In this document: piece by piece, positions 1 through 10,104 of the stretch
Layout: every line of letters begins with the position of its first letter
Position numbering within the stretch: position 1 is the stretch's first letter
Assembly (NCBI GenBank): GCA_963666275.2
Contig: CAXXOA010000003.1
Location: 128,001 to 192,000, forward strand
Length of the DNA stretch: 64,000 bases
Reading direction: 5' to 3'
Source of the DNA: Oceanispirochaeta sp.
GTDB taxonomy: Bacteria; Spirochaetota; Spirochaetia; DSM-2461
Notes under the pieces: model-generated
What the model was told of the DNA's origin: nothing
The model's database searches: none
The model's input: only the letters and a program-made list of their open reading frames with translations
Translations under genes and position numbers: made by a program

Positions 1-1791
1 CTGTTCCACCTGCTTTACCAGAGAATCGGTTTCAACTATTTCTGAAATTATGGTGTTGTAGGCCGCATCGGATTCCCTGGAAACATCGACGACTCTGCTG
101 ATGGATTTTTCAATAGCAGACAGCTGGGCTCCAATTGTCCTGGACTGCTCGGTGGAGGTTTCAGACAGTTTTCTGATCTCATCTGCCACAACGGAAAATC
201 CTTTGCCCGCCTCACCGGCATGGGCCGCTTCAATGGCAGCATTCATAGCCAGAAGATTTGTCTGAGAGGCAATCCCGGCGATCACCTGGTTGGCTTCCAT
301 AAGCAGAGCCGACTGGGAAGATATTCCCTGTATATGACTGGCCGCCTCTTTTTGGGTTGTTCGCCCTTTTTCGGCTGACTGTATCAGTTGGGAAAAGCTC
401 TGGGACATGGTCATCACATTCTGATTGACCATGTTGATGTTTCCCACCATTTCCTCAATGGAACTGGTCGCCTGAGCACTGCTGCTGACCTGGTTTTCCA
501 CAGCCTTTTCCAGAGCCGAAACACTGCTGTTTATCATCTCTATAACAGATGCGACTGCTCCGGCGCTTTCACTCTGTTTTACCGTCTGGTTTCTGACTCC
601 TTCGATGTTAGCCATTATCTGGCTGATAGCGCTGGCGGATTCCTGGGAATTGGTAGACAGCTCCATACCGATAGAGCTGAGGGAGTCCTGGGAATTTTTC
701 AGTGAAGTGATAATGGTGTGCAGTTTTTCTATGAAATTATTGAAACCATTCACCAGCTGACCGATTTCATCATTCCGCTGCTTGAATGCAATCCTTTTGG
801 TCAGGTCCGCATCCCCGGATGCTATGGTATTTATATTCCGGGAAATCAGCCTGATCGGGTTGGCAAGAGTCCGGCCGAGAAGTACGGCAGATACCAGTCC
901 CAGAAGGATGCTTATAAGGCCGGTCAGTATCATCCTGCTGAAAAGTTTCTCCAGCGAAGCCAGAGCTGTGGATACAGGGATGCTTATAGCCAGAGTCCAG
1001 TCCAGATCTCCCACAGGGGTGTAGGCCAGGTATTTGGCCCTTCCGTCGAAGGTGTAGGCTCCGATGCCTTCCTCTCTGTTAATCATTTTTCTTATAATAG
1101 CTGCCAGATCTTCAAAGTCCGGATCTTTTTCGGCAGCAGCAAAGAGATCGAATTTTTTCTCAACCTCTGCAGGATCGGTATGAGCAATAGGATAGGGGTA
1201 ACGGGAAATCAGAAAGTTGGAGGAACCGGGTCCGTTATCAACACTTCTGAGCACTCCATTCAGAACCGAGGCCTGTTTCTGTCCGATCAGTGCCCCTTTC
1301 AGGTCACCATCCCGGAAGATCGGTACCGCCAGCAGGATCGTAAGCATACCTTCCTCTCCCTCTACCGCGCTGTAGACAGGGTCGGAAACGGCCGGTACCT
1401 TTTCTGTCAGTACTTTCTGAAGGTACTCTCTTTTTGAAAGATCCGCAGTTTTTCCCCCTTCCAGGTGAAGAATCCCGTTCAGATCTGCAGGAGACATGGA
1501 GTTGAATCCCAGTCTTTCAGACTCTTCTGCCAGAATCCTATAGGATTCGGGGGAGTAGTCCATATCAATAAACCGGGTTATGGCGCTCAGCTCCAGAAGC
1601 TGTTTGTTTATCCATGTCTCATATTCGAAAGAGAGTCTTCTGGCTTCGGAAAGGAGGCGCTTTTCCACTTCCTGCCTTGTGGTGTTTCTGGATTCGATAT
1701 AGGACAGGGAAATCAGGGTCAAACTGGTCACGAGGGACAGAAGCATAAACGCTCCGATCTGTTTCAGTTTAACTGAGAAATGAATTGTCAT
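1..1791 (-). CDS. Methyl-accepting chemotaxis protein (runs off the left edge)
   Basis: Minus frame from ATG at 1791 (AAGGA upstream) reads [15 protein letters not shown] plus a TM segment; the MCP signalling motif [33 protein letters not shown] lies in the same frame near 170-265. Confidence 0.9.
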   Translation of the reverse strand, partial: MTIHFSVKLKQIGAFMLLSLVTSLTLISLSYIESRNTTRQEVEKRLLSEARRLSFEYETWINKQLLELSAITRFIDMDYSPESYRILAEESERLGFNSMSPADLNGILHLEGGKTADLSKREYLQKVLTEKVPAVSDPVYSAVEGEEGMLTILLAVPIFRDGDLKGALIGQKQASVLNGVLRSVDNGPGSSNFLISRYPYPIAHTDPAEVEKKFDLFAAAEKDPDFEDLAAIIRKMINREEGIGAYTFDGRAKYLAYTPVGDLDWTLAISIPVSTALASLEKLFSRMILTGLISILLGLVSAVLLGRTLANPIRLISRNINTIASGDADLTKRIAFKQRNDEIGQLVNGFNNFIEKLHTIITSLKNSQDSLSSIGMELSTNSQESASAISQIMANIEGVRNQTVKQSESAGAVASVIEMINSSVSALEKAVENQVSSSAQATSSIEEMVGNINMVNQNVMTMSQSFSQLIQSAEKGRTTQKEAASHIQGISSQSALLMEANQVIAGIASQTNLLAMNAAIEAAHAGEAGKGFSVVADEIRKLSETSTEQSRTIGAQLSAIEKSISRVVDVSRESDAAYNTIISEIVETDSLVKQVEQ

Positions 1792-1946
1792 TGTCTATTC
1801 CTTGGTCGTTTTGATATATTTTATGATTGCCAAAGAATAGATAAAAAATGATTCATTATCCAGAGTTGAAATCGCTAAAATGAACGAAAAAATAGAAAAA
1901 TACTTAAAACGTAATAGTTAAGGAATAAATCTACGGTTTTCGCTTT

Positions 1947-2522
1947 TCATGTGGTTCTGATTTTACCCGCTTTCAGCATCCTCTCTGTCATGGTACTGAC
2001 CGGGCAGACTGTACACCAGGTCCGGGGTTTGTAGAATACGGCGAAAAGGGTTCCCAGAATTGTGGAACTGAGCATCACCGAATACATTCTGAAAGAGAGG
2101 TGGAGCAGCCAGTCGGGTACAGAGGAGAAGGCTATGAGCTGGGGCAGGGCCACAGGAAGTTCAAAAAGGATAAACAGCCGGATCCTGTCGATAGGGGGGA
2201 TCTGCCCCTGATGGACCATCGTGGTGGAGAGACCGATAAACATGAGGTTCAGACAGAAATAGCTAAGGATCAGATTCTTGAGATTCGCCTTTTTCATCCA
2301 TTCGGGCATTTTCCTTTTACGGCTGATCCTTCCGAAAAGAGTCAGGAAGTCCGCCCGGGGGCAGTAGCCAGTACACCAGGCTTTCTTTCCGGTTTTTCCC
2401 GCCAGGACAAAGGGGGTCACCATGCAGGCCAGGGCAGACATGGCCAGGGTAATATTGATAAATCCCAGGGCAAAATAGAGCAGGGTTATCCAGTACAGCT
2501 GCCTGGAAAGGGAATGTTTCAT
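1947..2522 (-). CDS. Membrane 4Fe-4S binding protein (Fer4_5 / NapH-like)
   Basis: Two WCxxxCP motifs (WCTGYCP, WCTVCP) and several TM helices; start taken at MKHS after a GGAGG RBS. Confidence 0.75.
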   Translation of the reverse strand: MKHSLSRQLYWITLLYFALGFINITLAMSALACMVTPFVLAGKTGKKAWCTGYCPRADFLTLFGRISRKRKMPEWMKKANLKNLILSYFCLNLMFIGLSTTMVHQGQIPPIDRIRLFILFELPVALPQLIAFSSVPDWLLHLSFRMYSVMLSSTILGTLFAVFYKPRTWCTVCPVSTMTERMLKAGKIRTT

Positions 2523-2590
2523 AGAGCCTCCTGGCAAATAAAATATATTATAAATAATATATTGTCAAATAACAATATTTGAGGGGAGAT

Positions 2591-3307
2591 TTATGACTGG
2601 GATTCCTGATAGATCGAGACATCTCCGCTGATGGTTTTCTGCAGGGAAGACTGAAAGGTCCAGAGGGCTTCCTTTGTATTGCGTTTTTCAAAGCATTTAA
2701 AAAGTCTCAGGGTATTCTGATAGAGGGCCTGATTCCCATGACGGGCAAAATAGCGCTCCCAGAGACGCAGGGAGAGTTCCTTGAAGGAGAAAAAAATGAC
2801 TGGGAGAAAGGTATTTCCCGATATAATGCATATTTCGTGATGAAAAAGGAAAATCAGCCTGGCCGACTCGGATGCTGTATCGGACTCTCCGAACTGGACA
2901 AGCAGCTTTTTCAGGGCCTCCAGGCTCTCTTTGGTCATACGGGGCGTGGCCAGCTGAATAGCCAGTGTTTCAAAAGCCAGCCGGACTTCCAGAAGGGATT
3001 TCATTTCTGTATTTTTCATAACCCCTCCGTTGTAACGGAGTATGGCCAGGAGAGTTTCCACGGTTCCCTTCCGTTTGAAATCCGCCACAAAAGCGCCGAT
3101 CCGGGGTTTCATTTCAATAAAACCTTTGGCCGCCAGGTCGGATAAACCGGAATTGACCACACTGCGGCTGACACCCATTTTTTCGGCCAGTTCCCGCTCT
3201 GTGGGAAGCTGGTCTCCGATCGAGAGATTTCCGGAAAGTATCCGGTTTTCTATCTCTTTCACAAAGAGCTCCCTCAGCGAGGGGGATGATAATCGGGAGA
3301 AATCCAT
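2591..3307 (-). CDS. FadR/GntR-family transcriptional regulator
   Basis: N-terminal GntR HTH (LPTERELAEKMGVSRSVV) and FCD-like C-terminus. Confidence 0.92.
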   Translation of the reverse strand: MDFSRLSSPSLRELFVKEIENRILSGNLSIGDQLPTERELAEKMGVSRSVVNSGLSDLAAKGFIEMKPRIGAFVADFKRKGTVETLLAILRYNGGVMKNTEMKSLLEVRLAFETLAIQLATPRMTKESLEALKKLLVQFGESDTASESARLIFLFHHEICIISGNTFLPVIFFSFKELSLRLWERYFARHGNQALYQNTLRLFKCFEKRNTKEALWTFQSSLQKTISGDVSIYQESQS

Positions 3308-3329
3308 TTTATTATTACCTCATTCGTAT

Positions 3330-3347
3330 TGGTACAGCCAGATACCA
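3330..3347. promoter_or_regulatory. Candidate FadR/GntR operator
   Basis: Inverted repeat TGGTA-N8-TACCA just upstream of the gntR start, in the divergent intergenic region. Confidence 0.45.
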
Positions 3348-3423
3348 GGATAAATCATTGAGAGAAGAATACTTCCTAATTTGAGGAATAACAAGAGAAT
3401 ATAGATCAATCGATAAAAAATTA

Positions 3424-3451
3424 TTGACAGTTCCATCGGGTGTGGTATTTT
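3424..3451 (+). promoter_or_regulatory. Sigma-70-type promoter of the Ni/oxidoreductase cluster
   Basis: TTGACA-16 nt-TATTTT with an extended -10 TG. Confidence 0.5.
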
Positions 3452-3474
3452 TGAATCCTTGAGAAGGAGACGGG

Positions 3475-4140
3475 ATGGATCAATCTGTTTTTTTATTGCT
3501 GTCAGCCACTTTTTCGGTGGGTTTTATTCACACCCTGGCAGGGCCGGATCACTATCTGCCCTTTATTGCCCTTTCCGGGGCCCGGGGCTGGGCCGTGAAA
3601 AAGACCATGGGGGTTACTCTGTTATGCGGTCTGGGCCATATCGGGTCTGCTGTGCTGATCGCTCTGCTGGCCATGTCCATGGGGTTTGTTTTTGACAACC
3701 TTTCTGTGATTGAGTCATTCCGGGGGCAGCTGGCCTCGTGGTTTCTCATCAGCTTCGGTCTTGTGTATGCCCTGTGGGGATTGAAAAGGGCTGTGAGAAA
3801 GCAGGTTCACAGCCACGGTCATGGTTTATGTCCTCATGAGGGGCACGATCAGAGACGGGCAGTTTCGTGGGTTCTTTTCCTTATATTCATTTTCGGACCC
3901 TGTGAGCCGCTGATCCCGCTGATCCTCTATCCGGAGATTCTGGGAAACGGCCCGCATGTGCTGGCAGTTGTCCTGACCTTCGGACTTGCCAGCATCATCA
4001 CCATGCTCCTGATTGTGGGAGCTTCCCTCTACGGGGTGAAGCGGTTCTTCCGGATCCCTCTGCTGGAGCGGTTCGGCAATGCCCTGGCAGGGGGAGTCCT
4101 CTGTTCCTGCGGGCTGGCCATGGCTTTTCTGGGGCTCTAG
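3475..4140 (+). CDS. Nickel/cobalt transporter-like membrane protein (NiCoT/UreH/TauE superfamily)
   Basis: HTLAGPDHY motif, GHxxS motif, His-rich loop HSHGHGLCPHEGH, PCEP motif, about 6 TM segments. Confidence 0.8.
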   Translation: MDQSVFLLLSATFSVGFIHTLAGPDHYLPFIALSGARGWAVKKTMGVTLLCGLGHIGSAVLIALLAMSMGFVFDNLSVIESFRGQLASWFLISFGLVYALWGLKRAVRKQVHSHGHGLCPHEGHDQRRAVSWVLFLIFIFGPCEPLIPLILYPEILGNGPHVLAVVLTFGLASIITMLLIVGASLYGVKRFFRIPLLERFGNALAGGVLCSCGLAMAFLGL

Positions 4141-4170
4141 ATAAAAAAAAGGAAAAAACAGGAGTTATAT

Positions 4171-4839
4171 ATGGAGAAATACAGGGTCATTGAGATCAGA
4201 AAAAATGTTTTTGACAGTAATGACAGGGAAGCGGAAAAACTGAGACAGGAACTGAAAAAAGAGAAAGTTTTTCTTCTCAACCTCATGTCCTCGCCGGGAT
4301 CGGGGAAGACCTCAACGGTGCTGCAGACCATTGCCTCATTAAAGGACGACCTTTCCCTGGGCGTGCTTGAGGCGGATCTGGATTCAGACGTGGATGCCCG
4401 GAGTGTTTCTGAAACAGGGGTAAAGGTCCTTCAGCTCCATTCGGGGGGAATGTGCCATCTCAATGCGGATATGACAAGGCAGGGGCTGGAGGCCATGGGA
4501 GCCGATGATCTGGACCTTGTGATACTGGAGAATATCGGGAATCTGATCTGCACCGCCGAGTTTGACACGGGGGCCTCCAGAAATGCCATGATCCTGAGTG
4601 TTCCCGAAGGAGATGACAAGCCTTTGAAATATCCCGTGATGTTTTCCATGGCGGATGTCCTTCTTGTCAACAAGATTGATGCCATGGACTTCTTTAATTT
4701 CAGTCTGGAAAGGCTGACAGAATATGTGCGCAAACTGAATCCCGATATAAAGATTTTACCCGTTTCGGCTAAAACCGGAGAGGGAATGGATCAGTGGATC
4801 AGCTGGCTGAAAGAGGAGGTTACAGCATGGCAGAAATAA
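4171..4839 (+). CDS. hypB: Nickel incorporation GTPase HypB
   Basis: SSPGSGKT P-loop, GGMCHL, ENIGNLIC, SVPEGDDKPLKYP, NKID. Confidence 0.93.
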   Translation: MEKYRVIEIRKNVFDSNDREAEKLRQELKKEKVFLLNLMSSPGSGKTSTVLQTIASLKDDLSLGVLEADLDSDVDARSVSETGVKVLQLHSGGMCHLNADMTRQGLEAMGADDLDLVILENIGNLICTAEFDTGASRNAMILSVPEGDDKPLKYPVMFSMADVLLVNKIDAMDFFNFSLERLTEYVRKLNPDIKILPVSAKTGEGMDQWISWLKEEVTAWQK

Positions 4840-7532
4840 CAGGATCAAGAGAGATCATCCTGGATCTTTCCAATCATATCAACAGAACTAAGAAAGGGGC
4901 CAAAAGGGCCATACAGTTCGGGGATCCTGAATACAGGATTCTGGAACCGGTTGTCACAGACGAAATGGCCAGGGTCGGTCTTTATCTGGAGCTTCGGAAT
5001 CCCAAAAGCGCGGCAGATGTGGCTCCCCTGTGCGGTCTGTCAGAAGACACCGTGGAAAAACTGCTCTGGGATCTGGCCATGGCGGGAGTCTGTTTTGTCA
5101 ATGAAATAGACGGTACTGACAAGTACTGGCTGGAAACCTGGATTCCCGGGGTTATGGAGATGATGGTCAACAACAAAGAGAATGTGGCCAGGTATCCCCA
5201 GATTGCCGAGGCCTTTGAAGCCTACGGCAGGGTCCGGGGTCCTATGTCCGCCGGGAACTTCCCTGTGGGAACCGGGCTTATGAGAGTGATCCCCATAGAA
5301 AAATCCATCCAGGGGGAAACCCGGAAAGCCTCGTATGAGGAGGTTTCCCGCTATCTGAATGAAAACTCCATTTTCTCCGTCTCCGACTGCGCCTGCCGGA
5401 CAGCCAGGGAGTCCATGGGCGAGGGATGCGGCCATCTGAAAGAGGATATGTGTATCCAGATGGGCCACGCGGCTGAGTACTATATCCGGACAGGACGGGG
5501 ACGGGAAGTCTCAAGGGAAGAGGCCTTTGAGATCATCCGCAGGGCCGAAGAGAACGGTCTGATGCACCAGATTCCCAACACTGACGGTTCGGGAAAAACC
5601 CATGCCATCTGCAACTGCTGCGGCTGTTCCTGCCTCTCTCTGAGAACCGCCGAAATGTTCATCAACTCCGATATGGTCCGGTCCAATTATGTTTCCACTG
5701 TGGATAAAGACAAGTGCGTTGCCTGCGGGGAGTGCGTGGAAGTCTGCCCTGTGAATGCCCTGAAACTGGGTGAGAAGATCTGTTCGGGGAATCCCCGGGA
5801 TATCCAGAGAAAGGAGACTCCCAATAATACAGAATGGGGAGAGGACAAATGGAATCCCGACTACAGGATCAACCGTCAGGTTGTGACCGAGACCGGTACC
5901 AGCCCCTGTAAGGCCGAGTGTCCCGCCCATATCGGGATTCAGGGCTACGTGAAGCTTGCCTCCCAGGGAAAATATACCGAAGCTCTGGAACTTATCAAAA
6001 CGGAAAACCCCTTTCCCGCTGTCTGCGGCAGGGTCTGTCCCCGGAAGTGTGAGTCCGCCTGTACAAGAGGAGACCTGGACGATCCCGTAGCCATTGACGA
6101 GATCAAGAAATTCATCGCCGAGAAGGATCTTCACAGTGAATCCCGCTATGTGCCCCGGATAAAAAACAGCTACGAAAAGAAGATCGCCGTGGTGGGAGCC
6201 GGACCTGCGGGTCTCTCCTGCGCCTATTACCTGGCCGTGGAAGGCTATAAAGTGACTGTTTTTGAAAAAGAGAAGGAGCCGGGGGGCATGCTGACAATGG
6301 GAATCCCCTCGTTCCGGCTCTCCCGGGATGTGATCCGGGCGGAGATTGATGTGATGAAGTCTCTGGGGATCGAAATCCGGACCTCTGTGGAAGTGGGAAA
6401 GGATATGACCCTGGATGAACTGAGATCTCAGGGATATGAGGCCTTCTACCTGGCCCCCGGCGCCCAGGCGGGAAGAACTCTGGGAATCCCCGGAGAGGAA
6501 GGGGAGGATGTTGAATCGGCTGTGGATTTTCTCAAGCGGATCAATCTTTCCTCCGGTGAAACCCTGACGGGGAATGTCCTTGTCATCGGCGGGGGAAATG
6601 TGGCCATTGATGTGGCCAGAACCGCTGCCCGCTGCGGCGGAGAGTCGGTGACCATGGTCTGTCTGGAGTGCCGCTCTGAGATGCCGGCTCTGGAAGAGGA
6701 GATCGAAGAGGCCCTGGCCGAAGGCATTGAAATCCGGAACTCCCTGGGGCCTGTCAGGATTATCCGCAAATTGGGAAAGGTCACGGGTGTGGAAATGAAG
6801 AAATGCCTTTCCGTTTTTGATGAAAACGGGCGCTTTTCTCCTCGTTTTGATGAAGAGGATACAGTTGTTATTGCGGTCGATCAGGTCATTGTGTCTGTAG
6901 GGCAGGGGATTGACTGGGGAACCATGCTGGAAGGTTCGGCTGTTGAGCTGAACGGGAATAACACTGTGAAAGTGGATCCCCGTACCTGTCAGACGGCTCA
7001 GCCGGATATATTTGCCGGCGGGGATGCCCTGACAGGGCCGCAGTTTGCCATAGACGCCATTGCTCTGGGCAAGGAGGGCGCCCAGTCCATTCACAGGTTT
7101 GTCCATCCCGGACAGAGCCTTGTGTACGGCAGGACCCTGCGGGACTACAAAGCCCTGGACAAGGAGAACCTGCAGCTCTCCGGCTATGACCGCATGCCCC
7201 GGGAAAAGGCGGCAAATCCAGTGGGAAAAGACTCTGTCTCCTCCTTTCAGGATCTGAGGGGGATCTTTTCGGAGGAGCAGATTAAAAAAGAGACCGAACG
7301 CTGCCTGGGATGCGGGGCTACCGTGACGGATCCCTACCTCTGTGTGGGCTGCGGCGCCTGTACTCTGAAGTGCCGTTTTGATGCGATCTCACTGAAGAAG
7401 CAGTACGATGCGGAAGGACTGGTTCTGATGGATATCCGGCCTGCGGTTATGAAGCACGCGGTAAAGAGGAAGCTCCGTATCACTGTGAACAAGCCCGTGA
7501 AGGCTGTGAAAAGTCTTCTGGATCGTCCCTGA
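4827..7532 (+). CDS. Large FAD/NAD(P)-dependent Fe-S oxidoreductase (Cys-rich N-domain, ferredoxin domain, GltD-like core, C-terminal ferredoxin)
   Basis: Start MAEITG after GAGGAGG; motifs CACR, ICNCCGCSC, CVACGECVEVCP, PCKAECP, CGRVCPRKCESAC, GAGPAG, GGGNVAID, CVGCGACTLKC. Confidence 0.88.
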   Translation: MAEITGSREIILDLSNHINRTKKGAKRAIQFGDPEYRILEPVVTDEMARVGLYLELRNPKSAADVAPLCGLSEDTVEKLLWDLAMAGVCFVNEIDGTDKYWLETWIPGVMEMMVNNKENVARYPQIAEAFEAYGRVRGPMSAGNFPVGTGLMRVIPIEKSIQGETRKASYEEVSRYLNENSIFSVSDCACRTARESMGEGCGHLKEDMCIQMGHAAEYYIRTGRGREVSREEAFEIIRRAEENGLMHQIPNTDGSGKTHAICNCCGCSCLSLRTAEMFINSDMVRSNYVSTVDKDKCVACGECVEVCPVNALKLGEKICSGNPRDIQRKETPNNTEWGEDKWNPDYRINRQVVTETGTSPCKAECPAHIGIQGYVKLASQGKYTEALELIKTENPFPAVCGRVCPRKCESACTRGDLDDPVAIDEIKKFIAEKDLHSESRYVPRIKNSYEKKIAVVGAGPAGLSCAYYLAVEGYKVTVFEKEKEPGGMLTMGIPSFRLSRDVIRAEIDVMKSLGIEIRTSVEVGKDMTLDELRSQGYEAFYLAPGAQAGRTLGIPGEEGEDVESAVDFLKRINLSSGETLTGNVLVIGGGNVAIDVARTAARCGGESVTMVCLECRSEMPALEEEIEEALAEGIEIRNSLGPVRIIRKLGKVTGVEMKKCLSVFDENGRFSPRFDEEDTVVIAVDQVIVSVGQGIDWGTMLEGSAVELNGNNTVKVDPRTCQTAQPDIFAGGDALTGPQFAIDAIALGKEGAQSIHRFVHPGQSLVYGRTLRDYKALDKENLQLSGYDRMPREKAANPVGKDSVSSFQDLRGIFSEEQIKKETERCLGCGATVTDPYLCVGCGACTLKCRFDAISLKKQYDAEGLVLMDIRPAVMKHAVKRKLRITVNKPVKAVKSLLDRP

Positions 7533-7542
7533 GTGCCCGGTT

Positions 7543-7884
7543 ATGCATGAACTGGGGGTTATTGCGGAGGTTGTCAAAACCGTTGAGGACATTGTCCGGG
7601 AACAGGGCCTGACAGAGGTGGAAGCGCTGGTTCTCCAGATAGGAGAGCTTTCTTCCATCATTCCCCGGTATGTGGAGGACTGCTATCCTGCGGTGGTGGA
7701 CGGCACCCTGCTGGAAAAGACCCGTCTGGAGATTGAGATCCTCCCGGCCAACGGGCGCTGCCGGTGCTGCGGAAAGGTTTTTCATATAAAGTCAGCCGGC
7801 GGGTTGTGTCCGGACTGTCATATAGAGGACTGGGAGCTCCTGGGTGGCCGGGAGTTCCTGATAAAAGAGATTCTGGCCTGCTGA
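7543..7884 (+). CDS. hypA: Nickel metallochaperone HypA
   Basis: N-terminal MHE, two CxxC pairs, GREFLIKEI. Confidence 0.92.
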   Translation: MHELGVIAEVVKTVEDIVREQGLTEVEALVLQIGELSSIIPRYVEDCYPAVVDGTLLEKTRLEIEILPANGRCRCCGKVFHIKSAGGLCPDCHIEDWELLGGREFLIKEILAC

Positions 7885-7963
7885 CAGGGATCCTGCCGCC
7901 GGCTCTGGTTTTGTGAAAATACGGCTGGATCAGCCGAAGGAATTGGTTTTAAGGAGTTTTATT

Positions 7964-8965
7964 ATGTTTACTTTCAATACAGCCGCAGGAGCCACTCTGT
8001 GGTCTTCCTGGGGGATGTGGCTTGTTGTTCTGGCGGCTCTGTTTCTGCTGAATGAAGTATCCCGCCGGTCTAAACTGGCAGGATTCCTTTCTTTTGTTGT
8101 TCTGCCGCTTGTGTTAACGGTTCTCTGGTTTACCCTGCTCAGGGACACAACCTATACGGACTGGTTTCATCTGGCAAAAGTATACTCTGCCACCGCCGGG
8201 TGTATCGGTTTCTGGCTGATCCGGCATCTCCGGGGAAAGGATAAGGCCACCGGCAGAGAGTGGCGCCTGTCCGAGAAGAAATGGGCGCTCTGTTTTCCTC
8301 CTCTGATCCTGGCCATCAATATCCTGGAAGCCTGTGTCAGGGATTTTCAGATCGGTTTCCTCTATTCCGGCGGGGGAATTACCGCTGATGAGGGCGTGTA
8401 TGTTCTGGGTGGAATCTGGAACTATATGAACGGTGCGGCGGGGATCCTCAATATCATAGCCATCACGGGCTGGTTCGGCATCGTGATCCGCCGGGAGACG
8501 GCAAAAGACAAGAGCCGGGATATGCTCTGGCCCGATATGCTCTGGTTCTGGATCATTGCCTACGACCTGTGGAACTTTGTCTATACCTACAACTGCCTGC
8601 CCCACCACGCCTGGTACTGCGGTTTCGCCCTTCTTCTGGCTCCCACTCTCTGTGCCTTTACCCTGGGCAAGGGCGCCTGGCTTCAGCACAGGGCCCATAC
8701 CCTGGCCCTCTGGTGCATGTTTGCCCAGACATTCCCCTCCTTTCAGGACGAAGGGATGTTTGCCGTCACCTCCACCTACAATCCGACGATCTATATGGTT
8801 TTCGGTGTGGCTTCCCTTGCGGTCAATGTTGCCGTGGTCGGGTATATGCTCAAGAAAATCAAAGAGACAGGACGCAATCCCTACAAAGAGGAACTCTATA
8901 CGGATCATCCCGGTTATCAGGAGGTGAATTCTCTCAGTGAACCTGCTGTGAAACTGGGGGCCTGA
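7964..8965 (+). CDS. DUF5692-like integral membrane protein
   Basis: Start MFTFN after AAGGAG; WFHLAKVYS, INILEA, DMLWPDM, YDLWNF and WLQHRA motifs recalled as DUF5692. Confidence 0.75.
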   Translation: MFTFNTAAGATLWSSWGMWLVVLAALFLLNEVSRRSKLAGFLSFVVLPLVLTVLWFTLLRDTTYTDWFHLAKVYSATAGCIGFWLIRHLRGKDKATGREWRLSEKKWALCFPPLILAINILEACVRDFQIGFLYSGGGITADEGVYVLGGIWNYMNGAAGILNIIAITGWFGIVIRRETAKDKSRDMLWPDMLWFWIIAYDLWNFVYTYNCLPHHAWYCGFALLLAPTLCAFTLGKGAWLQHRAHTLALWCMFAQTFPSFQDEGMFAVTSTYNPTIYMVFGVASLAVNVAVVGYMLKKIKETGRNPYKEELYTDHPGYQEVNSLSEPAVKLGA

Positions 8966-9230
8966 TCCTATGTGCCTGTCTGTCCCGGTGCCTGCCGGTC
9001 CGGGGCAGAGTGTCTCTTTCATTGTTTAAAATATCCGGGGGACCTGGATCTCTTTCTCCTCTAATCTATTTAAGCCCCTGTTTTTCCAGGTTTCCCCTTT
9101 TCTGCCTTCTCTTCCCCTTTCCGGTACTTCTGGAAATTAAATATTATTAAAATAGTAATAATAATGGAAACCCTGCCATAAATCCCTACAATTAATAGAA
9201 TGAAGACTTCAAATAATCAGGGAGAATGGT

Positions 9231-10007
9231 ATGACAGTTACAAAGAAACAGTCTCTTACCCTTCTGCTCATAGCCTCTCTAACTATACAGTTTGCAGCAC
9301 AGACAGCAGGGAATGTCATGACTGAAGTGGTGAAGTACAAAGCCGACGGTGTGGAGATGCAGGGCTATCTGGCCTACGACAGCAGCCTTAAGGGGAAAAG
9401 GCCCGGTGTTATCGTTGTCCATGAATGGACAGGTTTGAACGATTATGCCAGATTCAGGGCGGAAGAGCTGGCCCGGCAGGGGTATGTGGCCTTCGCCGCG
9501 GATATGTACGGGGGAGGGAAGGTTGTTTCCTTTGAGGAAGCCCGGTCCCTTTCCGGGCAGGTGGGGTCGGACTTTCCCCTTATTGAAAAACGCTTCAATG
9601 CGGCTTTGAAGGTTCTGCAGAACCAGCCCGGAGTGGACAGGAGTCAGATCGGAGCCATCGGCTACTGTTTCGGGGGCGGAATTGTGCTGAACATGGCCCG
9701 GATGGGAGCGGAGCTGCAGGGGATTGTCAGCTTTCACGCCAGCATCAATACGGGACTGGATGCAGGGCCCGGAGATGTAAAGACCCCGCTTCTTGTTATC
9801 CAGGGAGCCGGAGACCCGGCCGCACCTGTAGAAAGACAGGAAGCTTTCAAGGCGGAGATGAACGGGGCGGGAGCCGATTACAGATATATTATCTACCCCG
9901 ATGTGGATGCCCATAATTTCACAAATCCCGAAGGACGCAGCTATTACCCCGAAGAGGCAGAAGCCGCCTGGAAGGAGATGCTGGACTTCTTTGATAAGAG
10001 GTTTTAG
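9231..10007 (+). CDS. Dienelactone hydrolase family protein, secreted
   Basis: Signal peptide, VVHEWTG, GYCFGG nucleophile motif, HNF. Confidence 0.9.
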   Translation: MTVTKKQSLTLLLIASLTIQFAAQTAGNVMTEVVKYKADGVEMQGYLAYDSSLKGKRPGVIVVHEWTGLNDYARFRAEELARQGYVAFAADMYGGGKVVSFEEARSLSGQVGSDFPLIEKRFNAALKVLQNQPGVDRSQIGAIGYCFGGGIVLNMARMGAELQGIVSFHASINTGLDAGPGDVKTPLLVIQGAGDPAAPVERQEAFKAEMNGAGADYRYIIYPDVDAHNFTNPEGRSYYPEEAEAAWKEMLDFFDKRF

Positions 10008-10104
10008 TTTTTTTCAAACAGGAAGCACTGAGAGACTTACTTTTCTCCCTTTTCATGAGGTTCGGGATAGGAAAAAAGTCTCTGACAGTTTCAGGACGGG
10101 ATTC

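Noticed and set aside
5511..7106. Long antisense ORFs (also 17724-19172, 21875-23188, 34473-35564)
   Set aside because: Shadow frames opposite well-supported genes, with no recognisable motifs
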